Positions 46,934-58,100 of a stretch of 64,000 nucleotides of DNA are shown here, in pieces; position 1 is the first letter of the stretch, and each line of letters starts with the position of its first letter. A program made the translations under genes and the position numbers. The stretch lies in IMG/VR virus record IMGVR_UViG_3300044846_005229, positions 215,340 to 279,339 of that record. One strand, given 5' to 3'. The notes under the pieces are model-generated. The model made no database searches and was not told where the DNA came from. It was given only the letters and a program-made list of their open reading frames with translations.

Positions 46934-47793
46934 TTTGTTTTGCTGTGAGTTTTTCTATGGTTGGCTGGTATTAGTAATTTGTATCTTAGGTTAATTTCAA
47001 CGTTAAAGGATATGTACATTGTGCGGTTTAAGGTTGGTTGCTAGAGAGACTTGCTGTTGAAAAAATAACGTTGTCTTGAGAAGGTTTGAGTTTCATGTAT
47101 ACCCTAGTGAGAAACTCCTGGGGTTCAGTGGGGTTGTTCCAGTATATGGGTTTGTACTCGTTATAGATCAAGTCGCCCCGTGAGTGGAATCTAACGTACC
47201 TCTCAAGAATCTCAAAATTAAAATTAAAATAACTGGATAGGATTTCCTCCCCGTCTTGTTCTCTGACTTTCAGTTTGCGGTCTCTTCGAATGTAGTACAC
47301 CAAATAATCACTCTTTCGGGTGAAAAGCCTGCGAAGAAACCCGGAATCTCTAAACTCAAATGCCACTTCATAATTGTAACGGTCGAAGTTGAAATTGCTG
47401 AGGCTTACGTTTATCATTTTTATCCCCTACGAATAATATTTAAGATAGCCCACATCATCGTAGGCCTTAAACCAATCCCTCACCCAGAGTTCAGGGTTTT
47501 CCTGGTTTTCTGGCACCATTACGTTGAGTAAGCCACCCCTCAGTAATGCCCTACCATACACCCCCCCAACATAAGCCCAAGCGTGTCTTGGATCCCCCTT
47601 AAGCATAGCATGGAGCTTATCCACGGCTTTCTCTAGGTTGACGCAACCACGTCTGTAGCAAGGTTTCATTTCTTCTTGAGTCACGTATTTTAGAAATAAA
47701 TCTGAAGCATTGGCAAAGGTTTCAGGGTCCATGTTGCTATTTTAGCATGGGTATCGGCAAGCTGTCAAAAAAAGGGGGGGCAAGGGCCCCAAC

Positions 47794-48921
47794 TTAAAAT
47801 CCCCCCTTCTCAGTCTCCCTGAGGGCCACTCCGACCGGGAAAATCGGGACACCACTTGCACTCAGTTCTTGATACCGGACTGTAAGGTACTTTGTTGTTG
47901 ACAATATGTCCTCACGATTTTCGTAAAGAGACCTGCGGTATTCCATATCGCCTTCTGGCACGACAGTAAAGGTTTCAGTCTCAGTGGCTTTACATACAAA
48001 GATCGAAGCACTTTTGAACCGGCCACCCCCTTCGATAATGTCAAGGACTTCAAACTCACCGTCCACGAAATCCTTCACCTTTTGCAACTGGTTGTTCCGG
48101 TGTCCGATATCATACCCGCCAAGGTCGAACCTGACCATCGAACCCTCGTACCCGGAGTCAACGAATTGACTGTGGTGAAAAATAACGTCAGATGGGGACT
48201 CCACCTCGGCAGTAGGGGTTAGTATAATGTGTGATTCTCCCAAGGGAACCAGACTCTTCAAAATTTCAAACCGTTCGGAGAAAGGTCTCGAAGGATCAAC
48301 AATGTCGTAGACCCAGTATACAAGCGTGGGGGACAACTCGGGACGAAACTTCTTGATCGCAGTCATTGTCTTTTGTAACAGAGGGTTTCCCGGCAGAATG
48401 AGTTCCCCGTCCAGGATCACCCCTGGTGGCAATTTTCTGATTTCCTCTTTAATATGTGCGATACACTCCGGAATAATCAACTTGCCACCGCGAGACCACC
48501 CCCCACTATTGTCGAGTAGCATCCGTTGTCCGTTCAGTTTAGGTTGCACGAATGCGGGCCAGGTTACCTTGTGGCCACGGTCCGAAAACTTATGGGCTAG
48601 CATTGGTAAGGGCAAAACCTCGGGCTCCTGCCCGATTTCAGCATATCCTTTATCAATTTGCTTTTTAAAGTCGCGCTCAATTTCTAGGTGGGCTTGTTGC
48701 TCCGCTGTGGTTGCGTTGGCCCGTCCGACATTTTTGGGATACACACAGTAAGGATCACTAAATTGCAAGGCTGAGCTTGAGCCATCATTATTTGTTTGCC
48801 AATAGGACGATTGTGTAAACCACCTATCCACGCTACTAAAAAGGACGTGCCCTTGCCAGAACTTGGCTTTACCGGTGCGGGTTGTTGACTGGAGGACTGG
48901 GGTGCTGTGTACGATTTTCAT
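47794..48921 (-). CDS. ATP-dependent DNA ligase with WGR-like N-terminal domain
   Basis: PMLA, QPKLNGQR (motif I), LDGEL, YDIV, EGSMVR, LQKVK, TVRYQELS..GVPIFP. Confidence 0.92.
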   Translation of the reverse strand: MKIVHSTPVLQSTTRTGKAKFWQGHVLFSSVDRWFTQSSYWQTNNDGSSSALQFSDPYCVYPKNVGRANATTAEQQAHLEIERDFKKQIDKGYAEIGQEPEVLPLPMLAHKFSDRGHKVTWPAFVQPKLNGQRMLLDNSGGWSRGGKLIIPECIAHIKEEIRKLPPGVILDGELILPGNPLLQKTMTAIKKFRPELSPTLVYWVYDIVDPSRPFSERFEILKSLVPLGESHIILTPTAEVESPSDVIFHHSQFVDSGYEGSMVRFDLGGYDIGHRNNQLQKVKDFVDGEFEVLDIIEGGGRFKSASIFVCKATETETFTVVPEGDMEYRRSLYENREDILSTTKYLTVRYQELSASGVPIFPVGVALRETEKGGF

Positions 48922-49215
48922 TTCTTTTGGGGGGGTTTAACTCGCGTTGTGGATCAGTTCCGGGTAAATCATTCGCTGTCATCAACCTCGAAGTAGTCGT
49001 TAAGTCTCATGGACAGTTCACGGGGAATTTTCACTTCCTGCCCATACCGCATATCCGCTAACCATACCTCTTCAAGAAGATCCTTGGCCTTTTGAAGATC
49101 TTGAATCTCTTCAACCAGCTTAAGTAACGAGTCAATGTTCGGGTGATTTCTCATGGCTCTAGGGTCGTTTCTTTGGGGGGTGCAGTAGCCGCCTTTCAGC
49201 GACGATTGTCTCATA

Positions 49216-49600
49216 CTAATACTCTTGTTTGTCGCCAAGGGTCACATTTGTGCCGTTCAGAGCAATGAAGGGTCTACCGCACACTCCCCAGTCTGCTATC
49301 CAGAGTGGCGTGGTGGGGGTCATCTTATACTCTCCGCCTTTGTACCCAACGAAAGTCCTTCCTACCAGTTTTTTACACATTGCAAGAAGGGTCTTGGATG
49401 GGACTTCCCCAGGCTCTTGCTCAAAGGCTAAATCGGAATAATACCCACGGTAAGAGTGGGGGGGAAGTCAGGTTGGCAACTGGGTGGTCATCTGTGTACT
49501 CCAAGTAGGAAATTAAGTTGCCAAGTGTAAGGTGAGTTTCTGAGCGAAGCGCTGCTGCATCACGTAGAATTCCTTCTGCAGGGCTATCGAATCGGTTCAT
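49216..49600 (-). pseudogene. conserved phage hypothetical gene frameshifted in a G7 run (49458-49464)
   Basis: removing one base gives a continuous ORF: ...LTLGNLI...SPHSYRGYYSDLAFE...FVGYKGGEYKM...TPLWIA. Confidence 0.7.
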
Positions 49601-50054
49601 TTTGTACGGTAGAATTTTGCTAGATTAGGGGGGGCTTAAAACTATACAAACTCGTGAAGGAAATAATCAATGGAAATCCCACAGCAGGTAGAATTGCTCC
49701 TCAGTCATTGCTTTCAAGCATTTTAATGGCGTTCACGAAGGTTTCTTCACCGATGTCACCGCTGTACAGGCGATCAATATGCCTCATTACTCGTGCAGTC
49801 TCTCGAATGATGAGCAGTTTGCTACAGAGGATCGAAAGAACTTCACGCGATAGGTGCGCTCCGCCGTTTTCATCGTACTCGTTGAAGTCGATTGCGTTTT
49901 CTAGCTCGTCGGCAAATTGCTCGACTTTGAAGTAAATGTAACCGTTTTCGTTAAAGTGTCCACCTGACATGTTGTTGTTTTGATAGTTTTAACTGACTTT
50001 AGAGTTTTCCGACAGATTCGGATTTTTCTGTGGGGGGGTTCTACCCCCTTATCA

Positions 50055-50348
50055 TCAAACTTCCGTAAATCCTTTTTTCTTTTGCTTTTTAACGTCCCGC
50101 TCAATTTCCAAATATGCTTGCTGCTCAGCAGAGATTTCAGTGGATTTACCTACGTTTTTGGCCTCTACGGGGAAAGCTTCGCTCCATTGTGTAACCGACA
50201 TAGTGCCGTCAACTTTCTGTCTCCAGAAAGACACTTGGGTAAACCACCCTCCGGCGTCATTGGAAATGATGTGACCTTGCCAAAACTTGGGATCACCTGA
50301 ACGGGCGATTATTGCTTGGAGGACTGGTGTGCTGTGTACGATTTTCAT
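50055..50348 (-). CDS. stand-alone paralog of the ligase N-terminal domain
   Basis: MKIVHSTPVLQ...KFWQGH...WFTQ...KNVG...AEQQA.LEIERD.KKQ..KG shared with 47794-48921. Confidence 0.8.
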   Translation of the reverse strand: MKIVHSTPVLQAIIARSGDPKFWQGHIISNDAGGWFTQVSFWRQKVDGTMSVTQWSEAFPVEAKNVGKSTEISAEQQAYLEIERDVKKQKKKGFTEV

Positions 50349-50473
50349 GGTTGGGGTGGTAATGGGGATAATGGGAAGGATAAGGGGAGATAACGGGAAG
50401 GACAGGATGCAGTGCAAGGACTAGATGGCACAATACCATCTCCATACCCAGTGTAGCACACTTTGCGGCCCTG

Positions 50474-51391
50474 TCAAGACAAGGCAAGCATCTTCTCAAG
50501 GGGCTTCAAAGCCTTCAATCTTAACCCCCCTTCAAGTTTAATCTCGGGTGTCAAATCCCGCAGACAATTGCGAACTTTTTCCAGAGTGCTTAACTTCATC
50601 CATGGGCAGTCATTACAACTACAGCCATCTCGGCCAGGGACATCTAGGAATACCTTGTTGGGTGCAACCTGACTCATCTTGTGGATAATTCCTGGTTCTG
50701 TCAGGACGATGAATGTTTCTGCCGGGCTATCTTTCACCCTTTGCAGTAAAGCACTGGTAGAGCCCACAAAATCAGCAAGGCGCAATAACGCTTCTTCGCA
50801 TTCCGGGTGGGCAATAACTTCGCAGCCAGGGTTGGCTGTCCAGAGATCCATCAACGCTTCTTCGCTGAAAGCTTCGTGTACCTGGCAGCTGCCATCCCAT
50901 AAAGTCAAATTTCGACCTGTTTGCTCAGCTACCCATCGCCCCAAATTTCTATCCGGTGCGAACAAAATGGGCCTGTCAGCGGGAATCTGGTTTACCAGGC
51001 GCACCGCATTACTGCTAGTGCAGATAAGATCGCTCTGGGCCTTAATCGCTGCTGAACAGTTTATGTAACTGACTACATAGTGGTCGGGGTGCTCTGCACG
51101 AAACTTGGAAAAGTCACCCGGTAAACAAGCATCAGCCAAGCTACAACCTGCATTGATATCAGGAAGTAAGACGGTCTTCGATGGGTTAACAATCTTGGCA
51201 GTTTCAGCCATGAAGTGAACACCGCAAAACACAATCGTGTCTGTATTTGTCCCAGCAGCTTGGCGGGCAAGCTCAAGGGAATCCCCTACAAAATCCGCAA
51301 TTTCCTGAATGGCTGGTTCCTGGTAGTAGTGGGCCAGGATTACTGCGTTACGTTGCTTTCTCAGCTTAAGAATCTCTTCGACCGGGTTCAT
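50474..51391 (-). CDS. nadA: quinolinate synthase
   Basis: [63 protein letters not shown]. Confidence 0.96.
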   Translation of the reverse strand: MNPVEEILKLRKQRNAVILAHYYQEPAIQEIADFVGDSLELARQAAGTNTDTIVFCGVHFMAETAKIVNPSKTVLLPDINAGCSLADACLPGDFSKFRAEHPDHYVVSYINCSAAIKAQSDLICTSSNAVRLVNQIPADRPILFAPDRNLGRWVAEQTGRNLTLWDGSCQVHEAFSEEALMDLWTANPGCEVIAHPECEEALLRLADFVGSTSALLQRVKDSPAETFIVLTEPGIIHKMSQVAPNKVFLDVPGRDGCSCNDCPWMKLSTLEKVRNCLRDLTPEIKLEGGLRLKALKPLEKMLALS

Positions 51392-53238
51392 TGCTTTTTG
51401 GGGTTATGTGTCAGGTTGTTCAACTGAACGGTCACTAAACGGGGTAGAACTTGTCATGGTAATTAGAACCGATTTCAGTTCGTTCCCCTGGTTTATTAAT
51501 TCTAGACCCCCATCAGATTCCCACCGAGGTGCAATCCGATAGTATACATAAGGTTCCGTTAGAGCTTCCAAGCTATATTCTTTCCTCCCTTTAAGGTAGT
51601 CTAAGATAATCTCCTCTATTTGATTAGAGGTTAGGCAGATTGTTTTCATGTAACGCGGGTTTGGCGTTAGCGGAAATTGGGGTGGGTACATTTATTGGGG
51701 CTCTGTGGCTATGTGCTAGATTGTCAAACTGAACGAGAATTAAATGGGGGTGGAGCCTAACAACACGTTCCGCTCCGCCGTACGCACTAAATCAATCCGT
51801 ACATTCCTCCATGGTAATCTCAAATCCGGAAAATTCCCGCTGCGAAGGGAAGCGATCCTCGTAGTATCCGATTGGGCTCTCATACAGAGCTTGAACACTG
51901 GTAACCCTGTGGTCCGGGTATTGTGTTTCTAGAGAAGAAACCATGGCTTCTTTCACAGCTTCGAGATCAAGTTTGACTTTGGCGAAGTGCCTGAGTTTAG
52001 TCATCGGTCCCAGTAAGAAGAATTACGAGTTTCTGAAGGTTTCAGAACGATCTCAACCCCTTCGAAAGTAGTGCCGCTAACTTCGTGCCTCATGTCGGTT
52101 TGTGTGGAAGCGTTGAATGAGATTTGATCCGCAACAAAGTTAGGGAAAGATTTCCCAACTTCTTGCCTAATAAGTGCCTCAATTTGAGTTTTTGTAAGAG
52201 ATACCCGTACCGGGGTGTTATTAAAAAGGTTGCTCATTGATGTGTGTGTTCAGGGGGGGGGGGGGGATTAAGTGCAGGGTCGATCGTAACGTACAAGCTG
52301 CTCATCGTTGGTAACGTAACTCTCACCTAAATAATGAAAGCATCTGTTACGGATGAGAAACCACTCAGTTGTGTTGTCGTCGTCACTCTTAGCTAGTAAC
52401 AGGTCATGATCAAAACCTACATAGTAGTTGTGGTTGTAGTGGCTAATTTCCTCAATTCTTTTGAATTGCTCCATTTGCAATCCGTTTGGGTACTTTTCTA
52501 CGGGGTTCATAAATGAAATGTCGGTGATCAAACTAAGCCTAACGTCTTTACAGGGGGGAAGGCAAGCCGGAGAACTGGGCCAAAAGATTCGGGTAACCGT
52601 CCTACTTGTCAGGGCAATCACTCAGTCTCCCCATAGCCAATCAGCGGCGGTAAGGGGAAGCCCAATAAACCCGCCAAACGCTGATGCAAATAGCAAGCGT
52701 CGAAATAATGCCGATAAGACCTAGGAAAGTGGTAGCGTTGCCGGTGAAATCTAGAGAGTCGGGAGCCATGGTTGATTGGTTGGTTGGTTGATTGTCAACT
52801 AAAGCAGGGTCAAAATCACATACGACTCAGGACAAACTCAACTTCTTCTAAAGTTGCTTTTTCAGGATCTACGAATTCCGCATAGATGTAATCTACAGGG
52901 AGACCATAAAAATCAGCCATTTTCTCACAAAGTACATACTTTAGGAGTTCTGGTTCAATAGAAGAGTCAATTAGCATGGGTCTCAAGGCGATTTTGAACA
53001 TGGGCTTGATCGCAGGAACGGCGAAGAACCCGGTACCAACCCCGTGAACCATAGTACCATACAGAAAAAGGGGAGTGTCAACCCCCCGTGATTTACCGGT
53101 TCCTGCGACCCGCGCTCAAATCAGTTATCATCACAACGGTTTCTCGAAGCTTCCCTGAGGTTGATTTCTGTCTCTAGGTCAATTAGTTGTTTCAGATACA
53201 GTCCATACTCCGACGAAATGAGATCCGCCAGGGAAGAA

Positions 53239-53421
53239 TCATCCAACTTTTCTAAATATGATCCTCCCAGCAAAGAGTTCGATTCCAAGTGTATCTCCTT
53301 CTTTCCAATTAACCGCTTGTAAAAGCTCATCAGGGAAGTCAAGAATGAGGTTGCCATTTTCATCGGATGATAGTTTAGTAGTTAGCTGAGTGTTTTCAGT
53401 GGTTTCTGGGTTTAGGTTCAT
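53239..53421 (-). CDS. AbrB/MazE-like small DNA-binding protein
   Basis: DENGNLILDFPDELLQAVNWKEGDTL. Confidence 0.65.
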   Translation of the reverse strand: MNLNPETTENTQLTTKLSSDENGNLILDFPDELLQAVNWKEGDTLGIELFAGRIIFRKVG

Positions 53422-53906
53422 TTTGCTGCGGGGTTTACGATTTAATGTTAAACAGCAAGGTCACAATCTCATGACAAGCACCCATTTTCTATAATTTGTA
53501 GGTTTAACTTAGGGTCAGCCATTAGTAGATCATTCCTCATGTTTTGGATTCGTAACCTGTTTTTAGAAGTTGCCTGAAGTTTGGCGTGGCTTTGAACGAC
53601 TGTTTTACCATCCATCTCCACTAATTCCAATGTACTTTCTGGGAAATTTCTGGGTGGGATCATTGGGTTCTCGTATTCTTTTCGGTTGGCACTATGGTAA
53701 CGCCACTATCGTCTTCACCTTCTTCATGAAGGGATCTTGTAGCAGAGGCTACGGAAAGGAACTCCCTCGCCATGGTACTCCAACTTAAACCATCCCAATA
53801 GCAACCATCGGCTCTAACAACTAGAAACATCGGGTGACCTCCACTCTGTCACCAGTATAGCAGGACCGCCAGAAAAGTCAATGGGTTAGCCGAATGCTGT
53901 CAGCAA

Positions 53907-54341
53907 TCAGTGTCCTAAGGCTTGTTGAAGCAAGCTTTGGTTGTGCAAAATTTCGCTAGACATTGATTGCAAGTAGTCTGCTAAGCCTACCATTCTCGGG
54001 TCCCCTTTGAAAGAACTTGTGTATTCAAAGAATAATGAGACCATACCATTGACTGCCATTGTGTAGTCTAAAGTTAGGGCCAGCAACGACAAGCAGTCAT
54101 AGGTTTGCATGGAAATAGCGGGACCAGAAAATTCGGGGAAATCTGGATTGTAACCACAACCACGCAACCTTTCGATGAGGCCGTCCATTAGGCCGTTAAG
54201 GGAATCATATACCCGGTCAAACAGCAAATGACATTCATAGAAATTACTACCACGTACATTCCAATGAGCCATGTGCAACACAATGGTTGCATCATTCAAG
54301 AGTTTGACAGTTTTTTTAGCATAGACAGTGAGTTCTTCCAT
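53907..54341 (-). CDS. dps: Dps/ferritin-like protein
   Basis: HMAHWNVRGSNFYECHLLFD.VY......D.LIERLR. Confidence 0.85.
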   Translation of the reverse strand: MEELTVYAKKTVKLLNDATIVLHMAHWNVRGSNFYECHLLFDRVYDSLNGLMDGLIERLRGCGYNPDFPEFSGPAISMQTYDCLSLLALTLDYTMAVNGMVSLFFEYTSSFKGDPRMVGLADYLQSMSSEILHNQSLLQQALGH

Positions 54342-54633
54342 TGGGTGCTTCAGGGTGCTTAGGGTGCTTTTAGATACATTTCAATAGCAACTTGATCATC
54401 TGATGATTCACATAATGCCAGGAATTCTTTGTCTGGATTATAATTAGCTAGACTTGTAATCAAGCTGTTTTCAAACTCAAAATAATCCCCACCTTTATCG
54501 AAATTTTTTAAAAATTGTAGCACATCAGCCCAGGACAAAAATTTACAGTCAGACGACGTATAGAAGTGAGCGCCCCTTTGGCCCAAGTGTGCCTCAAAAC
54601 TTTCCATTAGGTAGGGATTATCCATAGCAACCA

Positions 54634-55260
54634 TCAGTAACGAATCTGCCATTTACCGTCAGACTTTTCGCTGATTTTGAATGGGAATTTTTTAGAAGTT
54701 GCATCCGGGGGTGAATCATAGAAGATTCCAGCAAAAGACTTCCCATCTTCGGCCATCAGATAATTATTGGCTGCATTAGGGGGATTGCCGTTACGGTCGG
54801 TAACATTAGTTACCCCATCAAGATAGACAGAGGAAATTACTTTCTTAAAGAAAAGCTCCATTTTGCTAGATAGACCTTCGTCATCTTCGGCAAAGTCAAA
54901 ATCAAATTCATCTTCGGCAAAGTCGGCGTCTGGCTCTATTTGATGCAGGAGTTTAGAGGATTGAATTTCTTCGGTGAACTCTGGATTTGGCCACTCATCG
55001 GGGTTAGTCCTAATTAGGGATTCAACTACTTTGATGTAGTCTTCATAGGTAGTTCCCTCGGCAAAGTCAACTTTGCTAAGTTGGGACAAAAGGGACACAG
55101 TACCATCTGAATATGAGTGATCCAGGGATGACAAATAGGATTCTGGAACCGTGGAAAAATCTCCACCGGTCGCTTCCCATAACACATCGACTGCTTTTTT
55201 AGCTGCAGCAGTGAATGTATCGTCCTTGTCAAAATAAGGGTTTTTATCTATATGTAGCAT
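54634..55260 (-). CDS. acidic hypothetical protein with repeated DFAE/DFS motifs
   Basis: 208 aa ORF downstream of GGGTAAAA motif. Confidence 0.7.
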   Translation of the reverse strand: MLHIDKNPYFDKDDTFTAAAKKAVDVLWEATGGDFSTVPESYLSSLDHSYSDGTVSLLSQLSKVDFAEGTTYEDYIKVVESLIRTNPDEWPNPEFTEEIQSSKLLHQIEPDADFAEDEFDFDFAEDDEGLSSKMELFFKKVISSVYLDGVTNVTDRNGNPPNAANNYLMAEDGKSFAGIFYDSPPDATSKKFPFKISEKSDGKWQIRY

Positions 55261-55317
55261 GATAGTTAGATGACCGGTTGATTTTACCCGAAGGTTATCC
55301 TAGTTTTACCCTCTCGA

Positions 55318-56391
55318 TCACTTCAGCGTATACCACCCTTCCCCCCAGAGATTATCCAAATCTGTGAATACCTTGTCGTACCTCCTGCCGCAAGCTTCAA
55401 GGCTGTAGCGACCCCGAGCAATTTCTGCTATTTTCTGGCGATCCAGGTCTCCAGCATTGTGGCAAGCATCGACCCAATCTTGTAACGTATGGCAACGGAA
55501 CCCGGTAGTCCCCTCAATGACGGTTTCTGTAAAGGCCCCGTAATCTACTCCGATAAGGGGTGTCCCACACAACATACCCTCAACACCAGACCCACCAAAA
55601 GGCTCAGTAAATATCGTGGGCATAAGGCAAGCACGGGCATTTCGTAGGAAGTCATTTCGTTCTTTACCTTTTAGGGGACCAACATAGCGAATGTTAGGGT
55701 GTTGCCACGGGGCAGGGTCCCCCTGACCAGCCAGGAAAATAGGGTATGGCACATGGTCTGCAAGTGCTTTGATTGTGTCTAGGCCCTTGAGGGGTGTTAT
55801 CCTGCCGAGGAACGCCAAGTATTCTCCGGTCTCAAATGATGGTTGCCAATCCTCAAGGTCGAAGTAATTAGGGATGACCCACTCATAGTTATGGCCATTC
55901 CGATTCCCTTTCCCTTGGTGATAGTGCATCCATGCATATGACTCATATATTTTTTTTGTTCCGGGCATTGTGGTCGGATACCCAATTCCCGTCTCAACGT
56001 GTGTGTTTTTAGGAAATTCACCCAACAGCATAGAATGGGCATGGCCGAATGGGTGGCAAATTATGTCACGGGTTTGAACACGTTCGTGTAATGCTGGAAT
56101 CAGTCGAGATTCAAAAAGCTGGTGTCCCTCGGTGCCAACTGTAGCATCGTCCCCATGGAAACTGGTACCGGGGCGGTTGCCGTATAACCGGCCAAATTCT
56201 GGTTCCGTAAGCATAGTAACATGCTCAGAAGCGTTGGCTTCGGAACCCTCGTTGGCGTATTCGATTACGGTGTAACCCTGCGCCATCATCATCTTTGCAA
56301 AGCGTAATGCCTTGCCAGTGAATGCACAATGGCTATATTGTTGGGTAGGTTGAGTGTGGAAAATTCCGATGAGGTGTAGGGTTGGTTTCAT
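55318..56391 (-). CDS. glycosyltransferase (GT4/GT-B)
   Basis: FLGRITPLKG, EPFGGSGVEGMLCGTPLIG.DYGAFTETV.EG.TGF. Confidence 0.9.
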   Translation of the reverse strand: MKPTLHLIGIFHTQPTQQYSHCAFTGKALRFAKMMMAQGYTVIEYANEGSEANASEHVTMLTEPEFGRLYGNRPGTSFHGDDATVGTEGHQLFESRLIPALHERVQTRDIICHPFGHAHSMLLGEFPKNTHVETGIGYPTTMPGTKKIYESYAWMHYHQGKGNRNGHNYEWVIPNYFDLEDWQPSFETGEYLAFLGRITPLKGLDTIKALADHVPYPIFLAGQGDPAPWQHPNIRYVGPLKGKERNDFLRNARACLMPTIFTEPFGGSGVEGMLCGTPLIGVDYGAFTETVIEGTTGFRCHTLQDWVDACHNAGDLDRQKIAEIARGRYSLEACGRRYDKVFTDLDNLWGEGWYTLK

Positions 56392-56498
56392 TTTGTGGTT
56401 ATTGGAAGTTTTACAGTAAGGTGCTTAAAGTTAGTTGGTGCCCATGGTTAGGTGGGGTTCTGGGTGTGGCATGGCAGAGGCAGAAGGGGCCCAGGGTG

Positions 56499-57365
56499 CT
56501 ACACCGTTGGAGCGTTAACCTTGTACGGGTGGTCTGCGGCTAGGATGCTTTGTAAATTCCACCCCGCCACCGGACCGGCCAAATAACCCTCCACTAGCTG
56601 AACGGTGACAAGGCTAGTGCCAGGGGGAAGAATAACAATCTCATATATCTCCCCAGTAAGTGGAATCGTGTTGTTGCCAAGCGCCCCGAGTTGCATCTGG
56701 AATGAAGCATTCCCAGTAGCAGCAGCAAATGTTTCTATGTTATTCTGGATTGAGACACCATTGATTCTGATTATTGACCGGTTTGCAGCTATTGCGCTGC
56801 CGGGGTTACCGATATGCGAAATTATGACAGGCGTACCGCCTGGGTGTGCGTTGTCTGCTGTCTGATTTAATGCCGTGCTCTGACCCGAGGTTCCTCTTGA
56901 TATTAGGACAAGCGCTCTGTCGTTCCGGGAAGAACTAACTCTGTCATCGTAAATTAAGTAGAAACCCGTGTTGGCGGACACGCCAGCATTTGTTCCCAGT
57001 AAACCGTAAACTGCATTAGGGTTACTGCTGTTTCCGGCTTTCCACACAGCCACAATAGTTGCGCCTGCGCCAGCTGCAGTATGCAGGAAATTCCACGTTG
57101 CTGCCGAACTGGCAGAGGTAAGCCATTGGCTCCCGTTAAAAGTCAGACCGGCTTTACCGTTCAACGCATTTGGCGTAATGGTAGGCTGAGTTCCGCTAGT
57201 TGCTTGGTCAAAATTGCGCCCATTCCCTTTTCTGTCCCGCAGCTGAGAAACCCCTGTTGCGATCGTAGTTGTGGCCGTGTCATACGGCGCCCCCCACCAC
57301 TCGGTGGCAGTTTGGGTTGGGGTCCATGGAGTTGTCCCCACCCTCCGCCTAGGAACAATAATCAC
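56499..57365 (-). CDS. virion/tail-associated beta-sandwich protein
   Basis: WTP...DRKGNGRN..Q....QP...LNGK.GL.FNG...GEIYEIV...VEGYLA...HPYK; GTG start assumed. Confidence 0.65.
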   Translation of the reverse strand: MIIVPRRRVGTTPWTPTQTATEWWGAPYDTATTTIATGVSQLRDRKGNGRNFDQATSGTQPTITPNALNGKAGLTFNGSQWLTSASSAATWNFLHTAAGAGATIVAVWKAGNSSNPNAVYGLLGTNAGVSANTGFYLIYDDRVSSSRNDRALVLISRGTSGQSTALNQTADNAHPGGTPVIISHIGNPGSAIAANRSIIRINGVSIQNNIETFAAATGNASFQMQLGALGNNTIPLTGEIYEIVILPPGTSLVTVQLVEGYLAGPVAGWNLQSILAADHPYKVNAPTV

Positions 57366-57432
57366 CGGTTGCACCTCACGATTTGATAGCCCAGCGGCAG
57401 GGGTGATCCATGGGGGAGGGAAACGCAATCCA

Positions 57433-58098
57433 TCATTCCTCGATTCCATTAACCCAACCCGCGAGTTGCTGCCCGTTGGCGTCGCTTGTGGCCACTTGGC
57501 TAACCACAAAGTCAATAGGACCGGCATCCCCGGCGGCTTCGATCTCGCTGTACAACTGGGCTAACCTGGCGTCGTTGTGGAACGATGCTTGTAGCAGCGC
57601 TTCGTGTCTTGCGATTAGATTTGTGAACTGCGGCAAACGGTTATTTGCTGCCACCTGCTTCTCCGCGTATTGTAACTTCTCGGTGTAACCGTTCTCCTGG
57701 GGCCATAACATCGCGTTGTAGCGGTCAGCATAGCCTTTGGCCAGTGTTTTCAGCTCAGCTATTGTGCGACGCTTAATGTTTTCGGAACGTACATAGGTTC
57801 CTTTGGGATGACCATCGGGAGCCCCGCCAGGTTTCAAAACCAGGTTCCACCCTGAAGTCGTATCGTCAACATGGAATAGTTCTGGGTCAAATGGGACGGG
57901 TGTGAATGGCACTAGCTCGTAATAGTCAGCAGGTTGGTCATGGGGGCGGCCATATAGAAATGGCCATCTACTACCAGCGGGGTTACGAACTTGACCGTCA
58001 GTAACAGCCACAAAAAGCTTAACACTTTGGCCCTCTTGAGGGCCATCTTCGTAATACTCAATGCCGGTGATGGGATTAGTGGTGATAGCTGAGGTCAT
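57433..58098 (-). CDS. hypothetical (likely tail fibre-associated) protein
   Basis: 221 aa ORF in structural operon. Confidence 0.7.
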   Translation of the reverse strand: MTSAITTNPITGIEYYEDGPQEGQSVKLFVAVTDGQVRNPAGSRWPFLYGRPHDQPADYYELVPFTPVPFDPELFHVDDTTSGWNLVLKPGGAPDGHPKGTYVRSENIKRRTIAELKTLAKGYADRYNAMLWPQENGYTEKLQYAEKQVAANNRLPQFTNLIARHEALLQASFHNDARLAQLYSEIEAAGDAGPIDFVVSQVATSDANGQQLAGWVNGIEE

Positions 58099-58100
58099 GA

